DNA of 64,000 nucleotides from Octopus vulgaris. Its lineage: Eukaryota. Both the position numbers and the translations under genes were made by a program. Shown piece by piece: positions 1 to 12,175 of this stretch. Within the stretch, counting starts at the first letter, position 1; every line of letters starts with the position of its first letter. The DNA is taken from positions 14,694,001-14,758,000 of the forward strand of contig OX597841.1 of assembly GCA_951406725.2 (NCBI GenBank). Reading direction: 5' to 3'. The notes beneath the pieces were generated by a model. It was not told the origin of the DNA. It did not search any database and saw only the letters and a list, made by a program, of their open reading frames with translations.

Positions 1-83
1 CACAAATAAAACGGTAAAACAGAGAGGAGGTGGGGGTGTCTATTTATTTTTGAGTTGCCTGTGAATTTTGCTTTGCTACTCAC

Positions 84-241
84 AGTGGGGTCACGTCTAT
101 AATGAAATCCAGCAGTTTGGGGTCCTGCTGTTCTTCCTCTTTCTCTTGTTCTGTGAATTCCCGGGGTACGTACTGTGTACAGGAAGTCCGTGGATTTCTC
201 CACCTCGTCTGCGAGGAGGTGTTTTTTGTCGTGGGGACAGC
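84..241 (-). CDS. DNAI3: Dynein axonemal intermediate chain 3 (WDR63/IC140-like), coding exon 8; gene continues past left edge
   Basis: AVPTTKNTSSQTRWRNPRTSCTQYVPREFTEQEKE...LLDFI resembles the WDR63 TQTKWTYPKNATTQYYPREFSEEEKE block; cag acceptor, gtgagt donor, phase 0->2. Confidence 0.85.
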
Positions 242-770
242 CTGAAAAAATAAAACGAATCGAGGCATTATGCAGGGGTGGCATTAAAAAGTTGCAGGAT
301 GAGTTATGTCACAGACCCTTAAACGGACCCCCTGGTAAAGAGGGCCTTCAGCTCTTTAGCTGCTCATCTCATGGCACTAGTTACACTACACCAGTGGTTC
401 CCAAACTTTTTCAGGTTAACGACCCCTTGGCACTTGGGCCGCATTCCTAGTGCCCCCTCCTCCACCAGATCAAGATACCAGCCCCAACGCCATCACACTA
501 ACAAAGACTCTTATCAAACCCTGGGCTGATGAGGCCCTTCAGTTTTTTAGCTGCTCAAATAAGAGAAGAAAACTCGGTCAATATAAAGATCCTTACCCAG
601 GAACAAAAAAAAAAATTAACCATCCTGGGGTGGGTGTTAATAAGCGTGTGGAAAACGAATATGAAAAAAAAATATGCATGCTGACGACCCTGGGGGTGGG
701 GAGTGGACTTTCGGAAAATTCACACGATGATGATAGTGATGATAATGATGATGATGATGACGATGATAAC

Positions 771-801
<31 letters not shown>

Positions 802-858
802 GTGATGGTGATGGTGATGGTGGTGATCATGATGAAGATGAAGAGGAGGAGGGCTTAC

Positions 859-1017
859 CTGAACAGCTCTGTCCAGTTCAATCTTTTGCAGACTATAGTC
901 CCCTTCAACACTGTCCAGGCACCCAACATACGGGTCTTTCTCGGTACCGGGTGCTGCGTCATTCAACTCACAGGGGAGCCCAAATTCTTTTCTCATCTTC
1001 TTACTGCTTATGATCAC
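859..1017 (-). CDS. DNAI3: DNAI3/WDR63 coding exon 7
   Basis: VIISSKKMRKEFGLPCELND...LQKIELDRAVQ; 159 nt, AG/GTAAG boundaries, phase 0/0. Confidence 0.85.
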
Positions 1018-1710
1018 CTGATGACAAATAAAATGAAATTACACCTGTAAAAAAAAACAAGGAATATAAAAGGAGAAAAGTCTCTTACCCCATTTGACCA
1101 GGCTCCCTTGGCTTTTATGAGTTTTTCCACAAGTAACCTTTCAAAGTGCCTCCCCCTATTGGAAGTTTTAGACTTGCTATATTTCTTTTGTAATCATATG
1201 TTAATATGGACCCTTCTTTTTCGCAAAACCCTTTGTTTTTATCATCCTTTGTTTGTCCTTCCATGTATTTTTTGTCAAATAACAAACAAAAATTGTGTTT
1301 AATCATTTTCATTAATAAATAGATGTCCTAATATCAAAAAAATTTGTACTGCACTGTAGAAAATAATTATCAAAATATATATGCAAAAAAAAATTAATAT
1401 AAAATATACTATTTCAGGTACAAACAAACATCTTATAGAGTTTTAGCATTATTAATATATATGTATTTTCATTACAAACAACATGGACCAAATTTCTTCT
1501 TAAGAAAAAATATATATTCATATAAATTAAACATTATATCATGAATAGCGATTGCGAAACCGGTTGATACATTAAAAATTATATTATAACCATGTAAGTG
1601 TGCGTATTTTCTGTTTTTTATTTTCTTATATGCATTACAATCCACCACGTGGGGACAACCAAAATTCCTCTTTTCTGTTACTACTATATATATATATATA
1701 TATATATATA

Positions 1711-2460
1711 TTTTCACAACTGCTGATATTATTCCCAAACCAATCTTCATTGGATGGGGGCAGATAATCAACAAGGCAGGGGCCAAGGTGATGGTGTGGT
1801 GTGGGATTTGGAACAATCAAGGAATTGGACCCTTTTGATTTGAGGGCTCTGTGACAGGTGATTCGTATCTGGACATGGCTTGGCAACAAGATGATGCCTC
1901 ATGTCCTTTCCCTTAGAAAAGAGTAAAAGAGTAGGCTTCGTCCCTCCTGTTCTCAGGGGCCGATACAGCTTGGCACCAGTGATGTCACAACTTATTTCTA
2001 CAGCTGACTGGACTGGAGCGACAAGAGATAAAGGGTCTTGCTGGTTTCAACAGGATGGGGCCCCCACCTGTCCCATTATGCATTACAGGTTTGTGATTTT
2101 TGTAAAAATGAACATTTTCCGGGAAGATGGCTTAGGCGTCGCGGGCCAACTGAATGGGCACCACAGTCACCAGATTTAATATCCATGGACTTTTTCTTCT
2201 GGGGCTACATTAAATCCCTTGTGCATTCTGAAAAGATTCGTGACCAAGGACATCTTCTTCAAAGAATTGTTAAAGCGTGTGCACAAGTCCAACGGCAATG
2301 AAGAGCAATTCAAGAGGGTTCATTGCAATTTCAAATTCCGTATGCACACTTGTTTAAAGCTACATGGCCACCACTTCGAACATTTGTTATGGATTGCCTA
2401 CTTCATTGCTAATAAAGCATATTGATATCTCCCATCGTGCGTAACTTTGTAGCCACCCTG
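1711..2460 (+). mobile_element. Tc1/mariner transposase remnant (frameshifted, interrupted by a SINE fragment)
   Basis: KVMVWCGIW...IGPF, WFQQDGAP, FPGRW..RRGPTEWAPQSPDL..MDFFFWGYIKSLV motifs; ends in a CACCCTG-TA terminus. Confidence 0.85.
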
Positions 2461-2498
<38 letters not shown>

Positions 2499-2531
2499 AA
2501 AAAGATGTGGAACACGAGTTGTGATATATAA

Positions 2532-2781
2532 AAAAAGGAAATGAAGAAAATGCTGACAAAATAATTTAAGTAATTTAAGTAATTTAATTAGGTGAAAGTT
2601 CTTTTTATCGGTTGCGCATTTGTTATGCTTATCAAAAGATAGATTTTTTCCTCTTATCTGATAAGAGGAAAAAATCTATCTTTTGATAAGCATAACAAAT
2701 GCGCAACCGATAAAAAGAACTTTCACCTAATTAAATTACTTAAATTACTTAAATTATTTTGTCAGCATTTTCTTCATTTCC

Positions 2782-2786
<5 letters not shown>
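2532..2786. repeat. Perfect palindrome, ~127-bp arms, 1-nt centre at 2659
   Basis: Arms are reverse complements around ctcttatc-t-gataagag. Confidence 0.9.
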
Positions 2787-2817
<31 letters not shown>

Positions 2818-3201
2818 CATATATACATACACATACACACACACACACACATATATATATACATATACATATATACATATACATATATACACGCACACAC
2901 ACACATATATAAATATACACATATATGTGTGTGTGTATGTATGTATATATATATATATTTCTTTACTACCCACAAGGGGCTAAACACAGAGGGGACAAAT
3001 AAGGACAGACAAACGGATTAAATCGATTACATCGACCCCAGTGCGTAACTGGTACTTAATTTATCGACCCCAAAAGGATGAAAGGCAAAGTCGACCTCGG
3101 CGGAATTTTAACTCAGAACGTAACGGCAGACGAAATACTGCTAAGCATTTCGGCCGGCGTGCTAACGGTTCTGCCAGCTCACCGCCTTATGTATATATAT
3201 G

Positions 3202-3238
<37 letters not shown>

Positions 3239-3403
3239 GCACACATACATATGTTGCAGGCTTCCATGCAGTTTCTCTCTATCAAATATACTCACAAGAT
3301 ATTGGTCAGCCGAGAATACACCTGGCCAGGTATCACACAGTGGGACTGAACTTGAAACAGTGAGGTTACAAAACAAGCTTCTTAACCATACAATGGACAC
3401 AGT

Positions 3404-3679
3404 GGATCTTTTCTAAAAGATGGACAGATTTTTCTAGTTAACTAAATAATTTGAAACTTCGTATACTGGTAGAATGTGTCAAAAGAAAACATTAATTTCA
3501 ATTAGTTTTTTGGAGAAAAATCTATTTTCTAACTTTTACGTAGTTTAATTCTTCGAATTTTAACCAATCGTATTCTCTGTTTTGAGCTGAATTCATTTCT
3601 GCCGTGTTATTCATCCTTATCAGTCTTCTGTTTTCTGTCTTCAAAGGCTTGTTTATTTCAATGTCATCCCTGACACAAC

Positions 3680-3710
<31 letters not shown>

Positions 3711-3909
3711 TGCACACACATACACAACAAAAACAGAGGATACGATTGGTTAAAATTCAAAGAATTAAACTACGTAAAAGTTAGAAAATACATTTTTCTC
3801 TCAAAAACTAATTGAAATTAATGTTTTCTTTTGACACATTCTACCAGTATATGAAGTTTCAAATTATTTAGTTAAGTAGGAAATTCTGTTCATCTTTTAG
3901 AAAAGATCC
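3404..3909. mobile_element. MITE with ~180-bp TIRs (GGATC...GATCC), Merlin-like
   Basis: Long terminal inverted repeats; flanks gacacagt/gacacagc give a 7/8 match to an 8-bp TSD. Confidence 0.75.
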
Positions 3910-4025
3910 GACACAGCTTTTTCCCAAAACCAAACTGATAAAAAAAGAAAAACCCCAACCCCCAAGAAACCCTCTCATCTTGGGAAGATCTGGAACTAAT
4001 CAAGGACTAGAAGAGTAACACTTAC

Positions 4026-4193
4026 AAAGGAGGGAATCACGTCTGGATTTTCACTCTTAATTTCATATTCACTTCCCAATGAAATCCATCTCCTCACTCT
4101 CGGTTCTGCAATAGGCACGTACATCTTTGATAAATTTTGAGTGACATCGGATGATTCCGCCAAGGACACCTCAGCATTTGTCTCTTTTGGTAT
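4026..4193 (-). CDS. DNAI3: DNAI3/WDR63 coding exon 6
   Basis: ...RRWISLGSEYEIKSE resembles WDR63 PWVSLGSEKEIEEE; 168 nt, phase 0/0, ccag/GTAAGT. Confidence 0.85.
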
Positions 4194-5045
4194 CTGGAAG
4201 GGGGGAAAAAATGGGGGAAAAATAACAAATGAAAGAAAATAGAAGTAATGAAAGCTTCTAACAATGAAGGAAGTTTTACAAGAAAAAAAAAACCTTTTAT
4301 ATTTCAAGTGCAAAAGTTTATCTTCAGAAGGAGGCAGGCCAAAAACCATCAGGTTACATTCATCATCCTCATCATCATCATCGTTTAACGTCCGTTTTCC
4401 ATGCTAGCACAGGTTGGACGGTTCGACCGGGGTCTGGGAAGCCAGGGGCTGCTCCAGGCTCCAGTCTGATCTGGCAGAGTTTCTATGGCTGGATGCCCTT
4501 CCTAACGCCAACCACTCCACGAGTGTAGTGGGTGCTTTTTACGTGCCACCTGCACAGGTGCCGGGGGGAGTCCGGCATCGGCCACGATCGGTTGGAGCTT
4601 TTAACGTGCCAGCGGCATGGAAGCCAGCCAAGGCGGCGCTGGCAACGGCCACGTTCGGATGGTGCTTTTTATGTGCCACCGGCCCAGAAGCCAGTCGGGG
4701 CGCATTATTTTAAACTGTTCAGAATTTGGGTTAGCAACAGCAAAATAAACAACTGTGACGATTTGGAGTGGGGAATACGAAGGTTGTGGTCAAGGAAGAG
4801 AGTAGACGTGATCATCATCATCATCATCATCGTTTAACGTCCGTTCTCCATGCTAGCATGGGTAGGACGGTTCAACCGGGGGTCTGGGAAGCCAGAAGGC
4901 TGCACCAGGCTCCTGGTCTTATCTGGCAATGTTTCTACAGCTGGATGCCCTTCCTAACGCCAACCACTCCGTGAGTGTAGTGGGTGCTTTTTACATGCCA
5001 CCTGCACTGGTGCCAGGCGAGGCTGGCATCGGCCACGGTCAGATT

Positions 5046-5400
5046 GGTGCATTTTACGTGCCACCTGCACGGAAGCCAGTCGAGGCGGCACTGGCTTCGG
5101 CCACGATTCGGATGGTGCTTTTTACGTGCCACCGACACGGAAGCCAGTCGAGGCGGCACTGGCTTCGGCCACGATTCGGATGGTGCTTTTTACGTGCCAC
5201 CGACACGGAAGCCAGTCGAGGCGGCACTGGCTTCGGCCACGATTCGGATGGTGCTTTTTACGTGCCACCGACACGGAAGCCAGTCGAGGCGGCGCTGGCA
5301 TCGGCCACGATTCGGATGGTGCTTTTTACGTGCCACCGACACGGAAGCCAGTCGAGGCGGCACTGGCATCAGCCACGATTCGGATAGTGCTTTTTATGTA
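5046..5400. repeat. 68-bp tandem repeat (~5 copies) inside a SINE-like element
   Basis: Unit ggtgctttttacgtgccaccgacacggaagccagtcgaggcggcactggcttcggccacgattcggat starts at 5114, 5182, 5250, 5318. Confidence 0.85.
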
Positions 5401-5702
5401 TATCCAGTCCAGGGGTCCTGGCATCTGCCGGGTGCCAGTCATAGGATTGGTTCAATTTCGATAGCAATTGGTGCACTTGGAAGTATCAGCACTCAAAAGT
5501 ACCAACATGATTTTAAATTTTAGCACAAGGCCAGTACTTTTGGGAAATGGGGCTAGTTGATTACTCGACCCTGAAATGACAAATGACAAAGTGACGGAGA
5601 CAGACAAAATGGTGCTAAGCGTTTTATCCAGTACAGTAACGATTCTCCTAGCTAGCCACAAAGAATAATAAAAGACTAAAGGAATTAATGATGCCACATC
5701 AC

Positions 5703-5816
5703 CTTAATAAACTGATACATCTTCGTTTTAGCTTCTTCAGACAAAATGATGCAAAAATTTCCACCGTATTTGTATTCATGGTCGTAGAAGAGCATCAGTT
5801 CATCCCCTGCATATTT
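5703..5816 (-). CDS. DNAI3: DNAI3/WDR63 coding exon 5
   Basis: KYAGDELMLFYDHEYKYGGNFCIILSEEAK resembles WDR63 EYPGNELLLVYDKDFKYGLNFYLIATEE; 114 nt, phase 0/0. Confidence 0.85.
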
Positions 5817-6042
5817 CTGTCATCAATGCAAATAATTAGAAACAGTAATTAGACTAATCAATTAACAAAATAAAAAAAAAAATGAATGTGGTTGGTTAGC
5901 TTGCTAACCAACCACATGGTCCCGGGTTCAGTCCCACTGCGTGGCATCTTGGGCAGGTGTCTTCTGCTATAGCCCCGGGCAGACCAATGCCTTGTGAGTG
6001 GATTTGGTAGACGGAAACTGAAAGAAGCCTGTCGTATATATG

Positions 6043-6073
<31 letters not shown>

Positions 6074-6852
6074 TTGTGTGTCTGTGTTTGTCCCCTAGCA
6101 TTGCTTGACAACTGATGCTGGTGTGTTTACGTCCCCGTCACTTAGCGGTTCGGCAAAAGAGACCGACAGAATAAGTACTGGGCTTACTAAAGGCAGTGCT
6201 CCAGCATGGCCGCAGTCAAATGACTGAAACATGTAAAAGAGTAAAAGCCCTAAAAATCACCGTATTTGTTGGCATCTAAGACATAAATTTTTTTTTCTCC
6301 AAAATATTTTCCAAAACATCACCTCGGGTCCCACTTGTAAAGATGAGCCCCTCATAAGTGTTAACCCTTTAGCAATTAAACCGGCCAATATTCTACTTGT
6401 TTTATCAATGAATAGTGCATGGCTCAGTGGTTACAACGTCAGGCTCACAATCATGAGGTAATGGGTTCAATTCTCTGATCAGGCTGTGTGTTGTGTTCTT
6501 GAGCAAGACACTTTATCTCATGTCACTCCGGTCCTCTCAGCTGTAGAAACGAGTTGTGACATCACTGGTGCCAAGCTGTATCGGCCCCTGAGAACAGGAG
6601 GGACGAAGCCTACTCTTTTACTCTTTTATATGTTTGAGTCATTTGGTTGTGGCCATGCTGGAGTACCACCTTTAGTCAAACGAATCAACCCTAGAACTTA
6701 TACTTTGCAAGCCTGGTGCTTATTCTATCAGTTTCTTTTGGTGAACTGCTAGGTTATGGGGACGTAAACTCACCAACATCAGTTCTCAAATGATGGTGGT
6801 GGGGACAAACACAGACACAAACATATAAATACATACATGCATACATATACAT

Positions 6853-6947
<95 letters not shown>

Positions 6948-6964
6948 TATATACATATATATAC

Positions 6965-7047
<83 letters not shown>

Positions 7048-7208
7048 AGGGGATGACCACTAAGTGGACATCCATATGCTAGAAGTCCACACAGTGGAAC
7101 TGAACCCAGAACCATGGGGTTGGTAAGCAAGCTACTTACCACACAGCCACTCCCGCCAAGAAAAATAAATAACAGGACCAGAAATGATATCATTGGCAGC
7201 ATACTTAC

Positions 7209-7420
7209 AATAATTTGCTCCTTAAAGGGATAAAAATCAGAGACCGCAGCCCTGTTTTTGATGTCTTCGAGAACGGCTTCCTTCCTGAGCATGAGGAACG
7301 GATTTTCAGCATTGACTTGATGCTCTGCGACACAGTTGAAGATTAGTTGGGTCTGGTCGACTAATGTCATGGGAAACACAAAGTCTGGAAGGGCGGACGA
7401 CAGGGACATGGAGCGGTGGA
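7209..7420 (-). CDS. DNAI3: DNAI3/WDR63 coding exon 4
   Basis: [15 protein letters not shown]...[20 protein letters not shown] resembles WDR63 TQEIFNC...[16 protein letters not shown]; phase 1->0. Confidence 0.88.
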
Positions 7421-7859
7421 CTGAGGAGAGACGAAAGGGAGAAGAAAAGTAAAATAAAATAAAATAGAATAGAATAAAATAAAATAAAATAGAATAAAAT
7501 AAAATAAAATAAAATAAAGTAAAATAAAATAAAATAAAATAAAATAAAATAAAATAAAAACAGTTTACGCTTTTACTCTTCTGTTCTTTTACTTGTTTCG
7601 GCCATTTGGCTGTGGCCATGCTGGAGTACTGCCTTAAAGGGATTTTAGTAGAAGAAATAGACACACACATACAAACGTGCCCCCCCCCCGCCGACACATT
7701 CTTTGTAAGCCTTAGTACCTATTCTGTCGGTCTCCTTTTTGCCAAAACTGCTAATGTTACGGGGATGTAAACACACCAACACCGGTTGTCAAGCAGCTGA
7801 GTGGGGACAAACACAGACACAAAGACACACACACAACAAACAACACACACACACACACT

Positions 7860-7964
<105 letters not shown>

Positions 7965-8661
7965 ACACACACACACACACACATATACGACAGGCTTCTT
8001 TCATTTTCTATCTGCCAAATCCACTCTGATGGCTTTGGTCGGCCCAAGGCTATAGCAGAAGACACCTGCCCAAGGTGCCACGCAGTGGGACTGAACCCGG
8101 AACCATTCTCTAATGTGATTAGAGTGTTGCAGGAAAGAATCTCAAGATTCATAAAGTCACCTGTGCCGGTGCCGCATAACGCACCCATGCTGGTGCCACA
8201 TAAAAGCACCTGAAAGGCTGCACCAGGCCCAGTCTGATCTGGCAATGTTTCTACAGCTGGATGCCTTTCCTAACGCCAACCACTCCGTGAGTGTAGTGGG
8301 ATCTTTTTACGTGCCACCGGCACAGGTGCCAGACGAGGCTGGCAAACGGCCACGATCGGATGGTGCTTTTTACGTGCCACCGGCACAGGTGCCAGACGAG
8401 GCTGGCAAACGGCCACGATCGGATGGTGCTTTTTACGTGCCACCGGCACGGGGGCCAGGCGAGGCTTACAACGGCCACGAATGGATGGTGCTTTCGAGCA
8501 GTGGGCCTCATGAAGGCAAGGTGGTTGATGCCGGTGGCATGTGAAAAGAACCTTTCAAATGCTGGGCCTCACAGAGGCAATGAGAAATGAGTGAAACCTT
8601 TGGCAATATGGTGTACTTCAGAAGAAAACCCATCAAGCCAAGTGAAATTGTAGTTGTGGCA

Positions 8662-8795
8662 GATCTTTGATAAATTTTGAGTGACCTCGGATGATTCTGT
8701 CAAGGACACCTCAGCATTTGTCTCTTTTGGTATCTGGATGGGGGAAAAAATGGGGGGAAAAATGAAATAAAAAATGAAAGAAAATGGAAATAATG
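8662..8795 (-). pseudogene. Truncated duplicate of DNAI3 exon 6 5' half plus its acceptor (pseudo-exon)
   Basis: Near-identical to 4122-4250 (IPKETNAEVSL.ESS.VTQNLSK); no donor, runs into a repeat, phase-incompatible at this position. Confidence 0.75.
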
Positions 8796-8991
8796 TCATG
8801 CAAATGACACCTGTGTTGGTGGCATGTAAAAGCACTCATTACACTCTCGGAGTGGTCGGCATGTCAGGAAGGGCGCCCAGCCATAGAAAACCAAGCCAAA
8901 TCAGACTGGATTCTGGTGCAGCCCCTCAGCTGACCAGTCCTGGTGAAACTATCCAAGCCATGCCAGGATGGACAACAGATGCTAAATGATA

Positions 8992-9023
<32 letters not shown>

Positions 9024-9360
9024 GGTGGTGGTGGTGACGATGATGCACCTGTACTGGCATAGAACCAGTACCGTTCCCTCTCTCTCTCTTTCGGAGAGGC
9101 ACTGAGCACCTACACGCACACATACACACACGGCAGTAACATCCACCTACCGAATTCAATCACAAAGCTCCGGTCAGCTCGGGGCTATAGTGGAAGACAC
9201 CTACCCAAAGTGCCATGCAGTGGGACTGAACCCGAAACCATGTAGCTAGGAAGCAAGCTCCCTGACCACACAGCCATGCCCGCGTTATTTATAAGTATTC
9301 TAGAATAGGGCTAACCTGGAGATAAACGATAACAAAATCAAAACGAAAGTCAAATCTTAC

Positions 9361-9408
9361 CTTTGTCATCCTCCTTCTTGCCTGATCGCTTTTCAGGAGT
9401 TTTGGCCG
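9361..9408 (-). CDS. DNAI3: DNAI3/WDR63 coding exon 3
   Basis: 48-nt exon AKTPEKRSGKKEDDK, cag/GTAAG, phase 1/1 joins neighbours in frame. Confidence 0.7.
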
Positions 9409-9867
9409 CTGAATATATGAAAATAGATGTCATTTAATACGTACCATATATGATCGTATATAAAACACCCTTTTTTTCCCCAAAAAAAAAGAACTGTCCC
9501 CAAAAAATCACCCCGGGTCCTTTACACAAAGTTAGGCATCCCATAAAATAATTTTGGCCCTGCTACTCATTGCTATAGACTCATTTGCAGGACACTGATG
9601 AAGTATTGTGCACAATTGAATAATGTTTCTACAAGTGTTATGTAATTATTACAGCAGTCAAATGAAACATGTGTATATCCTATAAAGCATTTAATACCAT
9701 ACTTACTTTCTGCTTAATTAATATTATTTCTATCATTCTGGTTCATATTCTGCACACTACCCTATACTGAAGTTGCTACCCATTGTTGTACTACAAGAAT
9801 ACTAGAATGGAGTATGGAACCCACTACTGAGCCAGATCACTTTACAGCACCTTTATTCAATATATAT

Positions 9868-10175
9868 CACCGTGATCACCGTGACCGACCAGGCCATCAG
9901 ATGTTGTTACACATCGCTGGTCACAATGCGCTTCGCATTGTTTTAGCCTTCAAATGACGCCACCCCGCTGGCTAAGCGAGCAGGCCAACAGAAGAAAGAG
10001 TGGGAGAAAGAGTGGTGAAAGAGTACAGCAGGGATCACCACCCCCTGCCGGAGCCTCATGGAGCTTTTAGGTGTTTTCGCTCAATAAACACTCACAACGC
10101 CCGGTCTGGGAATCGAAACCGCGATCCTACGACCGCGAGTCCGCTGCCCTAACCACTAGGCCATTGCGCCTCCAC
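9868..10175 (-). mobile_element. Young tRNA-derived SINE with TSD
   Basis: Head GGAGGCGCAATGGCCTAGTGGTTAGGGCAGC...GGTTTCGATTCC (A/B boxes); 11-bp TSD tcaatatatat at 9857-9867 and 10176-10186. Confidence 0.8.
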
Positions 10176-10392
10176 TCAATATATATACATACCCCATAGC
10201 CCCAGCCCATCCAAAGTACGTTGGATTGCAGAACGACCTGCTGTGCTTACCTTGGATCGTAGGGTGACCTGCTGTGCTTGAGGAGACCTATTGAGTACAA
10301 TGGGGCCCTGCTAGTGAATATGGGTGCGACAGGGTGAAGCAGAGTGATGGATCGGAAGGAGAGACAAATAAAGAAGAGAATCTTTGACAAAC

Positions 10393-10537
10393 CTTTCTTT
10401 TTTTTCTTTTTAGCTCCACCAGAGATGGGCAACTGTGAGTCCGATGAGCGTAACCTTCGAGCAGATGATGTCATGCTGCTGGTTGCAGAACTCTTTCTGG
10501 AATGTACTCTGGACTTTGATGAGTTGGCATGGTCCTC
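10393..10537 (-). CDS. DNAI3: DNAI3/WDR63 coding exon 2 (S/K-rich)
   Basis: EDHANSSKSRVHSRKSSATSS...GGAKKKKKK; tcag acceptor, GTTTGT donor, phase 0->1. Confidence 0.65.
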
Positions 10538-10958
10538 CTGACAAGCAATAAATATGCACCGAGTTAAACTAAATATATAAAATCAAATGGAAATTGTAAT
10601 TGTGATCCCTGTGCCGGTGGCACGTAAAAAGCACTATCCAAACGTGGCCTATGCCAGCGCCGCCTTGACTGGCTTCTGTGCTGGTGGCATGTAAAAAGCA
10701 CCAACCAATTGTTGCCAGCCCCCTCTGGCCCCTGTGCTGGTGGCACATAAAAAGCACCCACTACACTCTTGGAGTGGTTGGTGTTAGGAAGGGCATCCAG
10801 CTGTAGAAACACTGCCAGATCAGACTGGAGCCTGGTGCAGCCTCCTGGCTTCCCCGACCCCAGTCAAACCGTCCAACCCATGCCAGCATGGAAAACAGAC
10901 GTTAAACAATGATGACGATGACGTGTGTGTGTGTGTGTGTGTGTGAGTGTGTATTTGT

Positions 10959-11243
10959 ATCAGGTCATCCCATAAGTTCTGTGCGATTTTACTTTTTTTG
11001 AAAATTGAATGAAACTTAATAGTATTTTAGAATGTCTGATGGAATTAGAAATTATTTTTATGCATTTGTGTATATTTAAACTAATTAAATATTATTTTAC
11101 AGAATAATAGAATTAAAATTTTCTTTGATTAAAACCCTTTCTAACATGGAAGTATCCAAAGAGCATTTGAGGCACATAATGCTTTATGAGTACAAAAAAG
11201 GAAACTCTGCAGCCGAAGCGACTCCAAACATATAATCAGTTTT
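10959..11243 (+). mobile_element. Mariner 5' fragment (TIR plus transposase N-terminus)
   Basis: tatcaggtcatcccataagttc terminus; MEVSKEHLRHIMLYEYKKGNSAAEAT is a Mos1-type HTH start, followed by a stop. Confidence 0.75.
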
Positions 11244-12175
11244 ACATTTTACATTCCAGACAGACTCAAGGCTGAGTTGCTGAAACAGAAATATCGTTAT
11301 GGATTTGCTTGTTGTACTATTTCCTATTTCCTATTTCTATCTAGAAATCAAAGGAAATGACTACTATCCCCTTCACATTTTGCTTTTGTCACCAGGACAT
11401 CAATGTTTTCAAACTGACCTATTTTCCATTACATTTCAGACAGATTTAGTGCTGAGTTACTGAAGTAGAAATATCATTATAGCAAATATTCTGTCCAGTA
11501 CTACAAATTTGCTTGTCGCTTGCTTGACCTTAACCAGTTGAGCATGTCCTTTAGTGGCTGACAATATGTGCATCTCTAATGAAGAGCAGGAGTAGTGGGG
11601 GAGCATCATAGCCATGTGTTGAGAGGGATTCTTTGGGGTTTGAATAAATATAACAAAAGCAAAATTTGAAGGAAATATTTGCCATTTTCCTTAGAATCTA
11701 GGGTTAAGCAAGTAGGAAATAACTGTTGCTACCCAAGTGGCTCAGTGGTTAGAGCGTCGAGCTTATGATCGTGAGGTTGTGAGCTCGAATCCCAGACCGG
11801 GCTGCGTGTTGTGTTCTTGAGCAAGATACTCTATTTCACGTTGCTCCAGTTAACTCACCTGTAGAAATGAGTTGCAACGTCACAGGTGCCAAGCTGTATC
11901 GGCCCCTTTGCCATTCCCTTGGACAACATCGGTGACGTGGAGAGGGGAGGCCAGTATGCATGGGCGACTGCTGGTCTTCCATAAAACAACCTTGCCCAGA
12001 CTTGTGCCTCAGAGGGTAACTCTCTAGGTGCAAACCCATGGTCAGTGTCTGACTGAAGGGGGTCACAACACAACAACTCAAGAATAAATATTGTTACATA
12101 GTGTTATCAGTCTGATTAGCAATCAGGGTCTGACCAGTGTCCAAACAAAAATACAAACCAAAAAATGATGTTCAC

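Noticed and set aside
1087-1312. Possible extra DNAI3 exon ending at a GTAAG donor near 1088
   Set aside because: Flanking exons already join in frame and match WDR63 continuously; no recognisable similarity in any frame I read.
5046-5400. CRISPR-like look of the 68-bp repeats (also the 26-bp and 28-bp arrays)
   Set aside because: Units are contiguous with no unique spacers, there are no cas genes, and the context is eukaryotic SINE-internal tandem repeat.
11735-11830. tRNA-like sequences here and at 6415-6490, 10100-10175, 36038-36100, 51115-51180
   Set aside because: They lack a complete acceptor stem and continue into repeat bodies, so they are SINE heads and not tRNA genes.
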